This document shows, in pieces, positions 26,697 to 36,022 of a stretch of 64,000 nt of DNA. Below the pieces are notes generated by a model that was not told where the DNA came from, did not search any database, and saw nothing but the letters and a program-made list of their open reading frames with translations. Source of the stretch: Spirochaetaceae bacterium UBA1318 (GTDB taxonomy: Bacteria; Spirochaetota; Spirochaetia; Treponematales; UBA1318); assembly GCA_002307015.1 (NCBI GenBank), contig DBTK01000131.1, positions 723 through 64,722 of the forward strand. The letters run 5' to 3'. Position numbers and translations under genes: made by a program. Within the stretch, counting starts at the first letter, position 1. Each line of letters starts with the position of its first letter.

Positions 26697-27431
26697 ATGA
26701 ACAACCGCCATACGATGCGAGACATCGTCGCCTCGCTTCCGCCCGAGAAGAGGGCCGCCGACGGATTTTGGACGCGCTTCGTCCTTCGCCCCATTTCCTT
26801 TCCCGCCTCGTGGCTTCTCCTGAGGCTCGGGCTTTCGGCCGACGCGGTCACCTACGTTTCGGCCCTGCTCTGCGTCGCCGGCTTTGTTTTCATCGCCGCG
26901 GGCGGAGCCCTCTTCACCTGGACCGGCATCGTCCTCTTTTTCATCTTCGGCATCCTCGACTGCGCCGACGGGAACATGGCCCGCGTGATCGGAAAGCCCA
27001 ATCCCTGGGGCGAGTGGGTCGACGCCTTCGGCGGCTACATCGCCTACGCGACCATTCTCCTTTCCCTCGGCATCGCCGCAGAGACCCTTTCCGGCTCCTC
27101 CATCCCCGGCGTCCAGGGCTACGTCCTTCCGTGGAAGGGCGGCGGCTGGATGCTCATCGGCGCCCTCGCCTCGTGCGCGAACCTCCTGATGCGCCTCCTC
27201 TACCAGAGCTTCAGGGCAACCCAGCCGGATCCGGGGAAGAAGGCCGTCGGGGGCGAGAAGAAGTTGAGCGAGACGATCGGGATCACCGGTCTCCTCGTTC
27301 CCCTTTTCGCCATCGGCTACGCCACGGGCTTTCTCGCCTGGGTGCTCGTCGCCTACACGGTCATCTACGGGGGCGGTTGCCTCCTCGTCGCCCTGAAGCT
27401 CGTCCGGAAGGTCGAGAAGTCGCTGAGATAG
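26697..27431 (+). CDS. CDP-alcohol phosphatidyltransferase-family membrane enzyme
   Basis: 244 aa, polytopic. The motif LDCADGNMARVIGKPNPWGEWVDAFGG fits D-x2-DG-x2-AR-x8-G-x3-D. The final Asp of the canonical motif is not obvious. Confidence 0.75.
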   Translation: MNNRHTMRDIVASLPPEKRAADGFWTRFVLRPISFPASWLLLRLGLSADAVTYVSALLCVAGFVFIAAGGALFTWTGIVLFFIFGILDCADGNMARVIGKPNPWGEWVDAFGGYIAYATILLSLGIAAETLSGSSIPGVQGYVLPWKGGGWMLIGALASCANLLMRLLYQSFRATQPDPGKKAVGGEKKLSETIGITGLLVPLFAIGYATGFLAWVLVAYTVIYGGGCLLVALKLVRKVEKSLR

Positions 27432-27443
27432 ACGCAAGAATCC

Positions 27444-28577
27444 ATGAAAAAAAATCCCATCGTCATCTCGTACAATACCTCGTGGTATGTCTGGAACTTC
27501 CGCATGCCCCTGATCGCGGCCCTCAGGGGACGGGGCCGCGACGTGGTCGTCCTCGCGCCGCGTGACGAGTATACCGACCGGATCGTCGCGACGGGGGTCG
27601 GCTATCGCGAACTGCCCCTCAGCGCGAAGGGGAAGAATCCCCTCGCCGAGCTCGCGGCCGTCCTCGCCTTCGTGAAAGCCTACCGCGAACTGAAGCCGGC
27701 CGTCGTTCTCCAGTACACGATAAAGCCGAACCTCTACGGCTCGCTCGCCGCACGCTTCCTCCGAATCCCGGCCGTCAACAACGTGACCGGGCTCGGCGCC
27801 GCCTTCGAGGGCGGGGGACCCCTGGAGGCCCTCGCGAGATTCCTCTACCGGCTTTCCTTTTCCAAGGTGGAGAGGGTTTTCTTCCAGAACCCGGACGACT
27901 TTTCCCTGTTCTTGAAGGGCGGTCTCGTTCGCGAGGAGCAGGCCGACCTCCTGCCCGGCTCGGGCGTCGACCTTGCGAGGTTTTCCCCCAGACCGAGGGT
28001 CGAGGGGCCCTTCACCTTCCTCTTCGTCGGACGGCTTCTCAAGGCCAAGGGGGTCGAGGATCTCGTCAGGGCTGCGGCCATCGTCAAGGCGAAACGGCCG
28101 GAAGCCCGGATCGTCCTCCTCGGGAAGCGGGATGACGAGGATCCGGGAGCGGCCGATCCGGTTCTGCTCGACGCGGCCGCTTCCGCGGGAACCGTGGAGC
28201 TCGCCGGAACATCCGACGACGTGAGGATCCAGCTCGCGCAGGCGGACTGCGTCGTCCTCCCCTCGTTCTATCGCGAGGGAACCCCCCGATCCCTCCTCGA
28301 GGCCGCGGCCATGGGCAAGCCCCTGATCGCGGCCGACTCGGTCGGGACGAGGGAGCCGGTGAGCGTCGGCGTGAACGGTTTCCTCCATCGCCCCCACGAT
28401 TCCGAGGACCTCGCCGGGAGGATGATCGAAATGATCGAATTGCCGCCCGAGACCATCGCCTCGATGGGAAGGGCTTCGCGCGAAATTGCCGAAGCGCGGT
28501 TCGACGAAAGGATCGTGATCGGCAAGTACCTCGAGATCGTCGAACGCATCGTTTCGAGAAAGGACGGGAAGAAATGA
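27444..28577 (+). CDS. GT4-family glycosyltransferase
   Basis: N-terminal SYNTSWYVWNFRMPLI and C-terminal VVLPSFYREGTPRSLLEAAAMGKPLIAADSVGTRE. Confidence 0.8.
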   Translation: MKKNPIVISYNTSWYVWNFRMPLIAALRGRGRDVVVLAPRDEYTDRIVATGVGYRELPLSAKGKNPLAELAAVLAFVKAYRELKPAVVLQYTIKPNLYGSLAARFLRIPAVNNVTGLGAAFEGGGPLEALARFLYRLSFSKVERVFFQNPDDFSLFLKGGLVREEQADLLPGSGVDLARFSPRPRVEGPFTFLFVGRLLKAKGVEDLVRAAAIVKAKRPEARIVLLGKRDDEDPGAADPVLLDAAASAGTVELAGTSDDVRIQLAQADCVVLPSFYREGTPRSLLEAAAMGKPLIAADSVGTREPVSVGVNGFLHRPHDSEDLAGRMIEMIELPPETIASMGRASREIAEARFDERIVIGKYLEIVERIVSRKDGKK

Positions 28578-29650
28578 AGATACTCGTTACCGGAGCCGCC
28601 GGGTTCATCGGCTTTCATGTCGCAAAGCTGCTGCTCGAACGTGGAGACGAGGTCCTCGGAATCGATTGCGTGAACGATTACTACGAGCCCTCTCTCAAGT
28701 TCGCCCGTCTCGCCCAGCTCGGCATCGGTTCCGAAGCCGCCGAGCTCGGCCGCGAGGTTCGAAGCTCCAGCTTCCCGGGATTCTCCTTCCGTCGGATAGC
28801 CCTCGAGGATCGGGGCGCCATGGAGAGGCTCTTTGCTGATCATTCCTTCGACCGGGTCTGCAGCCTCGCCGCCCAGGCCGGGGTGAGGTACAGCATCGAG
28901 AATCCGCGGGCCTATATCGAGTCGAACGTCGTCGGTTTCCTCAACGTCCTGGAGTGCTGCCGAACGGCCCGCACCCCGTCGCTCGTCTACGCCTCGAGCT
29001 CCTCGGTCTACGGTCTCAACGCCAATCGGCCGTTCTCCGTGCGTGACGGCGCCGACCATCCCGCGAGCCTCTACGCCGCGACGAAACGGGCCGACGAACT
29101 CATGGCCCATGCGTACAGCCATCTCTACGCCCTCCCCACGACGGGGCTGCGCTTTTTCACCGTCTACGGGCCCTGGGGAAGACCGGACATGGCCTATTTC
29201 AAATTCGCCCGGGCGATCGTCCGGGGCGAGACCATCGACGTGTACAACAACGGCGACCACTACCGCGACTTCACCTACATCGACGACATTGCCGAGGGGG
29301 TCGTGAGGGTGATCGACCGGATTCCGATCGGAAACCCCGAATTCGATCCGATGAAATCGGATCCGGGCTCGTCGAAGGCCCCCTTCAGGATCTATAATAT
29401 AGGCAACAACACCTCCGTGCGGCTTTCGGATTTTATCGCGACCCTCGAACGGGCCCTCGGACGCGAGGCGAAGAAACGCTACCTGCCGATGCAGGACGGC
29501 GACGTTTACGCCACCGAGGCCGACGTTACCGACCTGGAGCGGGATTTCAATTGGCGCCCGTCGACGAAGGTCGAAGAGGGCCTCGCCAGGTTCGCCGAAT
29601 GGTTCGAATCATCCGGCTGGAAGGATAGGATGTCCGACAATGCTCAATGA
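28574..29650 (+). CDS. NAD-dependent UDP-glucuronate 4-epimerase-like SDR
   Basis: MKILVTGAAGFIGFHV, SSSSVYG and the YAATK catalytic motif. At 358 aa it resembles the Cap1J/LpsL type. The start overlaps the previous stop. Confidence 0.88.
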   Translation: MKILVTGAAGFIGFHVAKLLLERGDEVLGIDCVNDYYEPSLKFARLAQLGIGSEAAELGREVRSSSFPGFSFRRIALEDRGAMERLFADHSFDRVCSLAAQAGVRYSIENPRAYIESNVVGFLNVLECCRTARTPSLVYASSSSVYGLNANRPFSVRDGADHPASLYAATKRADELMAHAYSHLYALPTTGLRFFTVYGPWGRPDMAYFKFARAIVRGETIDVYNNGDHYRDFTYIDDIAEGVVRVIDRIPIGNPEFDPMKSDPGSSKAPFRIYNIGNNTSVRLSDFIATLERALGREAKKRYLPMQDGDVYATEADVTDLERDFNWRPSTKVEEGLARFAEWFESSGWKDRMSDNAQ

Positions 29651-31007
29651 CCGGAAAAGCAAGCAGTATTTTCTCCTGGTCGGGGATATCTGCGTTCTCG
29701 TGATCTCCCTTACCCTCGCCCTCGTCGTGAGAAACCTCGCCGTCCCCGAGACGACGGACTGGGTCCTCCACCTCGCGCGCTTCCTGCCGACCTTCGCCGG
29801 GTGGGCCCTCATCATGTACACCGCCGGGCTCTACGATCCGGAGCGGGTCTGGGGCCTCGAGCCCGCCCTCGCCAGGCTCATCCTGAGCTCCGTCCTCGCC
29901 ACCCTCCTGACAGCCCTCCTGTTCTACCTTCGTGGCCGGGGCGGCGACATAACGCCGAAGACCGTGCTCGCCCTGTTCGGCGTCATTTCCTTCTTTCTTC
30001 TGTGGGGCTGGCGTTCGCTCGCGGGCAGGGTCGGGCGGAACGTCCTGCCGAAGGCCGGTGTCGCCTTCGTCGGCTGGAACGGCGCCATACCGGAACTCGA
30101 GCGCCTCCTTTCCGAAAAACCGAGCCTCGGCTACGAGATCCGCCTTGCCTTCGACGAGAACGGCGGCTTCCCCGAGGATTTCGAATCCCGGGTTTCGAGC
30201 CTCGGGGAGTTCGTGAAGGCGGTCGATGAGCGGAGCATCGGCTTCATCGTGATCGTGGATCAGGGAAAGCTCTCCGAAGCCATGAGGCTCGCCCTGTTCA
30301 AACTCCTCGGCCATCCCGTCCGCTTCCTGGATTTTCCCGGATTCTACGAGCTCATCGCCCGCCGCGTTCCCGTCGGTTTCCTCGACGACCTCTGGTTCCT
30401 GGAAAACATCGACATGAGGACGAAACGGTACTACGAATCGATCAAGCGCGCCGTCGACATTTTCGTGGCGGCTCTCGCCATGCTCGTTTCTCTCGCGTTC
30501 TGGCCTTTCATAGCCCTCGCGATCAAGCTTTCGAGCCCAGGTACCGTGTTCTTCGCCCAGAACAGGCTTGGCCTGGGCGGCAAGGTATTCCGGATCTACA
30601 AGTTCCGCACGATGCGGTCCGACCGGAACGATTTCGCTCCGACGACGAAGGGCGATCCCCGCGTAACCGGGGTGGGCAGATTTCTCCGCGCGACGAGGCT
30701 CGACGAGATTCCCCAGCTGATCAACATCCTCTCCGGCGACATGAGCTTCGTGGGACCCCGCCCCGAGAGGCCGGAGCTCGTCGAGGACCTCGAGAAGGCC
30801 ATCCCCTACTACCGCCAGCGGCTCCTCGTGAAGCCCGGCTTGACCGGCTGGGACCAGGTCTCGGGGGAGTACCACTCGCCTTCCATCGAGGATACCTACA
30901 AGAAGCTCCAGTTCGACCTTTACTACATCAAGAACATCTCCCCGCTCCTGGATATTTCCATCTTCCTGAAGACGATCATGACCGTCCTCCAGCGCGACGG
31001 AAGGTAG
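29640..31007 (+). CDS. Polyprenyl-phosphate hexose-1-phosphate transferase (WbaP/EpsL-type bacterial sugar transferase)
   Basis: N-terminal TM helices. The C-terminal domain has KRAVDIFVAALAMLV, FFAQNRLGLGGKVFRIYKFRTM and RLDEIPQLINILSGDMSFVGPRP. Confidence 0.92.
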   Translation: MLNDRKSKQYFLLVGDICVLVISLTLALVVRNLAVPETTDWVLHLARFLPTFAGWALIMYTAGLYDPERVWGLEPALARLILSSVLATLLTALLFYLRGRGGDITPKTVLALFGVISFFLLWGWRSLAGRVGRNVLPKAGVAFVGWNGAIPELERLLSEKPSLGYEIRLAFDENGGFPEDFESRVSSLGEFVKAVDERSIGFIVIVDQGKLSEAMRLALFKLLGHPVRFLDFPGFYELIARRVPVGFLDDLWFLENIDMRTKRYYESIKRAVDIFVAALAMLVSLAFWPFIALAIKLSSPGTVFFAQNRLGLGGKVFRIYKFRTMRSDRNDFAPTTKGDPRVTGVGRFLRATRLDEIPQLINILSGDMSFVGPRPERPELVEDLEKAIPYYRQRLLVKPGLTGWDQVSGEYHSPSIEDTYKKLQFDLYYIKNISPLLDISIFLKTIMTVLQRDGR

Positions 31008-31027
31008 CCGAAACGCCCCCGGCGGTA

Positions 31028-31056
31028 TTGGCAGATAGGGTGCTTGCGGGTATACT
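31028..31056 (+). promoter_or_regulatory. Sigma-70-like promoter candidate for the FtsX-like module
   Basis: TTGGCA (31028-31033), 17-nt spacer, TATACT (31051-31056). The ATG at 31068 follows only 11 nt after the -10 element. Confidence 0.35.
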
Positions 31057-31067
31057 GTTTTCACTTC

Positions 31068-32522
31068 ATGATCGTAGTAAAATTGGCGTTCCGCAACTTG
31101 GTCCGGAACGGTAAAAAAAACCTGACCATCGGCATACTCATTGCCCTCGGTATCGCGATGATGTTCGTCGGCAACGCGATTTTCGACGGCACCGACAGCG
31201 GAATCAGGCGAACCTTCATCGACAGCTTCACGGCCGATGTTTCGATCAGCGCCTCCTCGGAGGAATCCTTCAGCATTTTCGGGAACGAGACCCCGGTCAT
31301 CGGGGAGCTCTCGACCGTTCCGACCATCGTGCCCTACGACGAGGTCCTCAAGGCCGCGGTCGCGAAACGAGGGGTCGCGAAGACCGCCTCCGTGGTTTCC
31401 GGTCTCATCGGCATCGAGCTTCGCGACAAGCGCGAGGCCGTTCCCGTTTTCGGGGTCGACGGCGACGGCTACTTCGCCTGCTTCCCCGGCATCGACATCC
31501 TGAAGGGGTCGCGAATTTCCGGTTCCCAGCCGGGCATCATGCTGACGGAAAAACGGGCCGCCGATATCGAGAAACTGACGGGGAAACCCCTCGTCATCGG
31601 AGAGCCCGTTCAGGCCGACGTCCTGACGGCCAAGGGCTTCCAGATCAGGGAGGTCCCGCTTACCGGGATTTTTCGCTATCCGGTCGGGAACGAAACCCTC
31701 GACCGGATCGTCATCCTCGACGTGACGACCCTCAGGTCGCTCTACGGGCTCACCCTGGGCGTCGATACCTCGGCCATCGCCACCAAGTCCCAGACCGGGC
31801 TTCTGGACAAAAGCGTCAACGATCTTTTCGATACGGGCGACGCGACGGCCCAGACCGCTTCCGGGATCACCATCACCGACGTCGAGAAGAACCTGAAGGA
31901 AACGGAAAAGCGGAACGAGCTTCTGAAGGTCGATACGGGAGCCTGGGATTTCATCCTGCTGAGACTCGAGCCCGGGGTCAATTCGGCCCTTTTCGTTCAA
32001 AGTTTGAATAAGGAGCTTTCGTCGAAGGGCTGGGCGGTCAAGGTCGCCGACTGGCGGCATACCGCAGGCAATTCGGCCCTGTTCATCTACTGGCTCGGCA
32101 TCATCTTCAACATCGGTTTCCTGATCATCGCCATCGCGGGGACGATCATCATCATCAACACCCTCGTGATCGCCGTCCTCGAGCGGACGGGCGAGATCGG
32201 CACGATGCGGGCCATCGGGGCCTCAACCGGTTTTGTCAGGAAGCTTCTGCTTGCCGAGATGATGTCGCTTTCGGTTGCCGCGGGAATCGCCGGAATCGTC
32301 GTGGGAATCCTCGCCGTCCTGGCACTGTCGAGGACGGGGGTCGCCCTCCACAACCCGATACTCGTCTCGCTGTTCGGGACCACGGTGCTCCGACCCCAGG
32401 TCACCTTCACGGGAATCCTGAGGCATCTGGGCGTTGCCTTTCTCATCGGCGCGATATCGTCGATGTATCCCGTACGGCTTGCGCTCAGGATCCAGCCTGT
32501 CCGCGCCATCGCGACGGAGTAG
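31068..32522 (+). CDS. FtsX/MacB/LolE-type ABC permease (no NBD)
   Basis: Start MIVVKLAFRNLVRNGKKN (typical FtsX-like N-terminus). A large periplasmic domain sits between TM1 and TM2. C-terminal FtsX domain: ERTGEIGTMRAIGAS. Confidence 0.8.
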   Translation: MIVVKLAFRNLVRNGKKNLTIGILIALGIAMMFVGNAIFDGTDSGIRRTFIDSFTADVSISASSEESFSIFGNETPVIGELSTVPTIVPYDEVLKAAVAKRGVAKTASVVSGLIGIELRDKREAVPVFGVDGDGYFACFPGIDILKGSRISGSQPGIMLTEKRAADIEKLTGKPLVIGEPVQADVLTAKGFQIREVPLTGIFRYPVGNETLDRIVILDVTTLRSLYGLTLGVDTSAIATKSQTGLLDKSVNDLFDTGDATAQTASGITITDVEKNLKETEKRNELLKVDTGAWDFILLRLEPGVNSALFVQSLNKELSSKGWAVKVADWRHTAGNSALFIYWLGIIFNIGFLIIAIAGTIIIINTLVIAVLERTGEIGTMRAIGASTGFVRKLLLAEMMSLSVAAGIAGIVVGILAVLALSRTGVALHNPILVSLFGTTVLRPQVTFTGILRHLGVAFLIGAISSMYPVRLALRIQPVRAIATE

Positions 32523-32525
32523 GAA

Positions 32526-33821
32526 ATGGCAAACGAGATCCTTTTCGCGTTCAGGAACCTAACCCGTCAGCGGAGACGCTACCTCCTCCTGGGGGGCGGC
32601 ATCGGATTCGGCTTTCTGATCATCACGATGGTCACCGGCCTCCTCGGCGGGATGATATCGAACCTCCAGCAGAAGGCGATCATCTACTACGGCGGAGACT
32701 TCACCGTCATAGGGAGCGAAAAGACGGGCAAGAACACCATGATCCGTCTTCCCGAGATCGGGGCGGCCGTCGAAAAGGCCTTTCCTGGCGGAAGGGCCAC
32801 CGCCTCGCTCAGAACGGTGAACCGTTCCTCGGGGAACGTCCTCTTTTTCGGCGGGGACTCGGTCAGGCAGCGCCAGCTGACGGGCGTCGACTGGGCGGTC
32901 GAGGAACCGATTTTCAGGAAGCTGAACTACGTCGAGGGCGGCGCCGAGGGGCTCGCCGGCACGAACGGGGTCCTGATCTCGGAGCCCATCGCGAAGATGC
33001 TCGGGGCCAGGGTCGGCGACGACCTGATGATCCTCGCCGACACCATCAACGGCCAGAAGAACACGACGACCGTCGTCGTCAAGGGCATTTTCCGCGATTC
33101 GAGCCTCTTCGGCTATTACACGACCTACATCGACCGGAAGGTCCTGAATGCCTTCATCGGCTATGGTCCCGACGAGGGAACCGAGGCGGGGATCTATTTC
33201 GGCGAAACCCGGCCGACCGAGCGGGAGCGTTCCGCTCTGTACTCCTCGCTCAAGGACAGCCTTCCCTTTTTCCCCATGGTGAAGACGATCAAGGAGATGA
33301 GGGACGTCCAGGACTCGGGTCAGTGGGACGGGATCAAGTACGTCTTCCTTCCCCTCGACGCCCACCTTTCCCAGATCAACCAGATGGTCGAGGCGATCTC
33401 AGCCCTCTCCTTCGTCCTCGTCTTCATCCTGCTCGCCATTCTCGTGCTCGGCATCGGAAACACCTTCCAGGTCCTCGTCTACGAGAGATCGAGGGAGATC
33501 GGCACCATGCGGGCGCTCGGAATGCAGCGGATTTCCGTCTCCCGGCTTTTCCTCTCGGAGGCGGGCGGGCTCGCGATCGCCGGTTCCCTCGTCGGATTGC
33601 TCGTTGGAATGATGCTTCTCTGGGCATTCTCGAAAGTGAATTTTTCCTGGATACCGGGCTTCGATGTCTTTCTCCGGAAGGGTCGCCTTTCCTGGAGGCT
33701 CGATTCCCTCGAGGTCGTCGGAGAGCTAGTCCTGATGATCGTCGCTTCCCTCTTCGCCGCCTGGTCGCCCGCCAAGCGGGCAGCCGCCATCGAACCGGCT
33801 CAAACATTGCGTACGGAGTAA
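32526..33821 (+). CDS. FtsX/MacB/LolE-type ABC permease (no NBD)
   Basis: FAFRNLTRQRRRY N-terminus, a periplasmic domain, and ERSREIGTMRALGMQ with three C-terminal TM helices. Confidence 0.8.
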   Translation: MANEILFAFRNLTRQRRRYLLLGGGIGFGFLIITMVTGLLGGMISNLQQKAIIYYGGDFTVIGSEKTGKNTMIRLPEIGAAVEKAFPGGRATASLRTVNRSSGNVLFFGGDSVRQRQLTGVDWAVEEPIFRKLNYVEGGAEGLAGTNGVLISEPIAKMLGARVGDDLMILADTINGQKNTTTVVVKGIFRDSSLFGYYTTYIDRKVLNAFIGYGPDEGTEAGIYFGETRPTERERSALYSSLKDSLPFFPMVKTIKEMRDVQDSGQWDGIKYVFLPLDAHLSQINQMVEAISALSFVLVFILLAILVLGIGNTFQVLVYERSREIGTMRALGMQRISVSRLFLSEAGGLAIAGSLVGLLVGMMLLWAFSKVNFSWIPGFDVFLRKGRLSWRLDSLEVVGELVLMIVASLFAAWSPAKRAAAIEPAQTLRTE

Positions 33822-33823
33822 CC

Positions 33824-34609
33824 ATGAAACGGATATTTTTTTACGCCCTTCTGCTCGCCCTCGTCGTGATCGGATCGGCGCCCTACGTCGGAGCCGAGGA
33901 CGCTCCGGATTTCAAAGCGATGCTGAAGACCGTCGACGGCCTCGTGTCTTTCATGGATACGGATTTCTCGGCCGAGTATGCCATCGTGCTGGACAAGCCG
34001 GGTGAGAGCAGGAGCGTGACGGACGCCGTCATGTTCAGGCGCGACAAGGACGAGAAGTACCTCATCCTGATCCTCGAACCCACCTCGGACAAGGGCAAGG
34101 GCTATCTCAAGATCGGGCAGAGCCTCTGGCTCTACGATCCCCTGAGCCGCCGGTTCACCTTCACGAGCTCCAAGGAGCGCTTCCAGAATTCCAACGCGAG
34201 GAATTCGGACTTCACCCGCTCCAACTTCGCCGGGGACTACGACATTGTTTCCGGCCATCGCGAGGCTCTCGGCCGGTTCAATTGCTGGGTCATCGACCTC
34301 AAGGCGAACAACGACGGTGTTTCCTTCCCGAAGACCAAGATCTGGGTGAGCGACGACAACCTGGTCAGGAAGACCGAGGATTACAGTCTCTCGGGCCAGC
34401 TGATGAGAACGACGGCCATTCCGACCTACCAGAAGGTGGGCAACCGCTTCCTTCCCGTCACGATGCTCATCGTCGACAACCTCAGGGGCAAGACGATCAA
34501 CGGCAAGCTCGAGAACGAAAGGACCCAGATCACGATCACGAAGCCCTCCCTCTCGACCTTGCCCGACTCGATCTTTACGCAGGCCTATCTCGAAAAGGTC
34601 AGCAAGTGA
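33824..34609 (+). CDS. Outer-membrane lipoprotein-sorting (LolA-like) protein
   Basis: Start MKRIFFYALLLALVVIGSAPYVGA (signal peptide). MDTDFSAEYAIV..KYLILILEPTSDKGKGYLKIGQSLWLYDP matches my recollection of the LolA_like family that accompanies FtsX-type permeases. Confidence 0.65.
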   Translation: MKRIFFYALLLALVVIGSAPYVGAEDAPDFKAMLKTVDGLVSFMDTDFSAEYAIVLDKPGESRSVTDAVMFRRDKDEKYLILILEPTSDKGKGYLKIGQSLWLYDPLSRRFTFTSSKERFQNSNARNSDFTRSNFAGDYDIVSGHREALGRFNCWVIDLKANNDGVSFPKTKIWVSDDNLVRKTEDYSLSGQLMRTTAIPTYQKVGNRFLPVTMLIVDNLRGKTINGKLENERTQITITKPSLSTLPDSIFTQAYLEKVSK

Positions 34610-35922
34610 CCTTTTCCCTTTTCCGGTCGTTCAGGACTTTCGCAGTCTTCTTCCCTCTACTCTTTCTGATCGCGGTGGCTTCGCCTCGACTCGCCGCCGC
34701 GGACTCGACGGTTCAGGCGAGCGACGGAAGCTCCGCCTCGGCGGGAGCTGACGCGGCCGGGACTTCCGGTTCGATCGCCGAAGACGGCTCGACGATTCCG
34801 GCCGATGACAGCTCGTCGGTCGACCAGCTTTTCACCGCCCCCCAGGCGGATACGGTCACCAAGGAAGGCGGATCCCTCCTCGGCAAGTTCGACGATCATC
34901 AACCGATCACGGTGACCGGATCCCTCCAGGCGATGGGGGGAGCCGTCGTCGGCGTTTCCGACGGCCCCACCGCAGGCACCTACCAGTTCGGGATGAAGCC
35001 CGGGATGAGCATCACCCCGAGCATCACCTTCGACGCGAGGCCCGATAGGACCTTCCGCATCCACGGGACGGCCACCGCGAAATATCCAGGCGACTTCGCG
35101 GTCGGCTTCAGCGAACTTTTCTTCGATTACACGGTGAAGGATTCCACCTACGTCCGGGTCGGCAAGCAGCTGATCGGCTGGGGCATCACGCGGCTGTTCG
35201 ATGTCGGGGATCTGATGTCGGACAGCGACGACGGCGTGGCGGCGAAAGTCTACGTTCCCGTCGACGGCATCGGAATCACCTCGGTCGTTCTCGTCAAGAC
35301 GAGTTACGGCATCACCTCGGACAACGTGGACTTCAAGAGCCTCGGCTACGGCCTCCAGGGGGACGTTCCCCTCGGCCGCTCGGAGATGCTCTTTTCCGGC
35401 TTCTACCACGATGCCGATTCGACGCCGGGAAAGGCGACGGCGACCTACAAGACCTCGATGCTGGGCGTCGACCTTTTCGCCGAAGGCATCGGCAATTTCT
35501 ACAAGACGAAAGAGCCCTCATTCTCCGGGGCCGTCGCCGGCTTCTACTGGGAGAAGATAGAGCCGAGCCTCAAGATCTACGGCGAGTATTACTTCAACGG
35601 AGAGGATTCCTCGGGAACCGACCACCGCGCGTCGATCGTCGTCGGTACGAACAATATCCCGGGGACCCCGTTCAAGGCGGCGATCCAGTGGACCCACGCG
35701 TTCATGGACAATTCGGGATCGGTGGTTCCCGTTCTCTCCTTCAGTCCCTGGCCCCATGTTTCCATGCAGTACGGCCTGCCGGTCAGGTACGGCGCGTGGG
35801 GAAGCTACTATGTCGTGAACGGCTCTCCGATCGTGCAGACCACGGCGGAGAAGAACAACGCCCTGAGCTGGGCGCAGAGAATCGGGTTCATGTTCCGGTT
35901 GACGCTGAATGTCGGATTCTAG
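34606..35922 (+). CDS. Putative outer-membrane beta-barrel protein
   Basis: GTG 34606 overlaps the upstream TGA. Hydrophobic signal FAVFFPLLFLIAVASPRLAAA. Alternating aromatic and Gly-rich strands end in ...RLTLNVGF, a C-terminal Phe typical of OMPs. Confidence 0.45.
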   Translation: MTFSLFRSFRTFAVFFPLLFLIAVASPRLAAADSTVQASDGSSASAGADAAGTSGSIAEDGSTIPADDSSSVDQLFTAPQADTVTKEGGSLLGKFDDHQPITVTGSLQAMGGAVVGVSDGPTAGTYQFGMKPGMSITPSITFDARPDRTFRIHGTATAKYPGDFAVGFSELFFDYTVKDSTYVRVGKQLIGWGITRLFDVGDLMSDSDDGVAAKVYVPVDGIGITSVVLVKTSYGITSDNVDFKSLGYGLQGDVPLGRSEMLFSGFYHDADSTPGKATATYKTSMLGVDLFAEGIGNFYKTKEPSFSGAVAGFYWEKIEPSLKIYGEYYFNGEDSSGTDHRASIVVGTNNIPGTPFKAAIQWTHAFMDNSGSVVPVLSFSPWPHVSMQYGLPVRYGAWGSYYVVNGSPIVQTTAEKNNALSWAQRIGFMFRLTLNVGF

Positions 35923-36022
35923 CTGTCACCCACGCTTGACAGGGGTGCTTGTGGATATACCGCCTGTGCGATATACTATGCAAATATTAATACGCTGTAA
36001 CCTGAACGATGGATAAACAATA

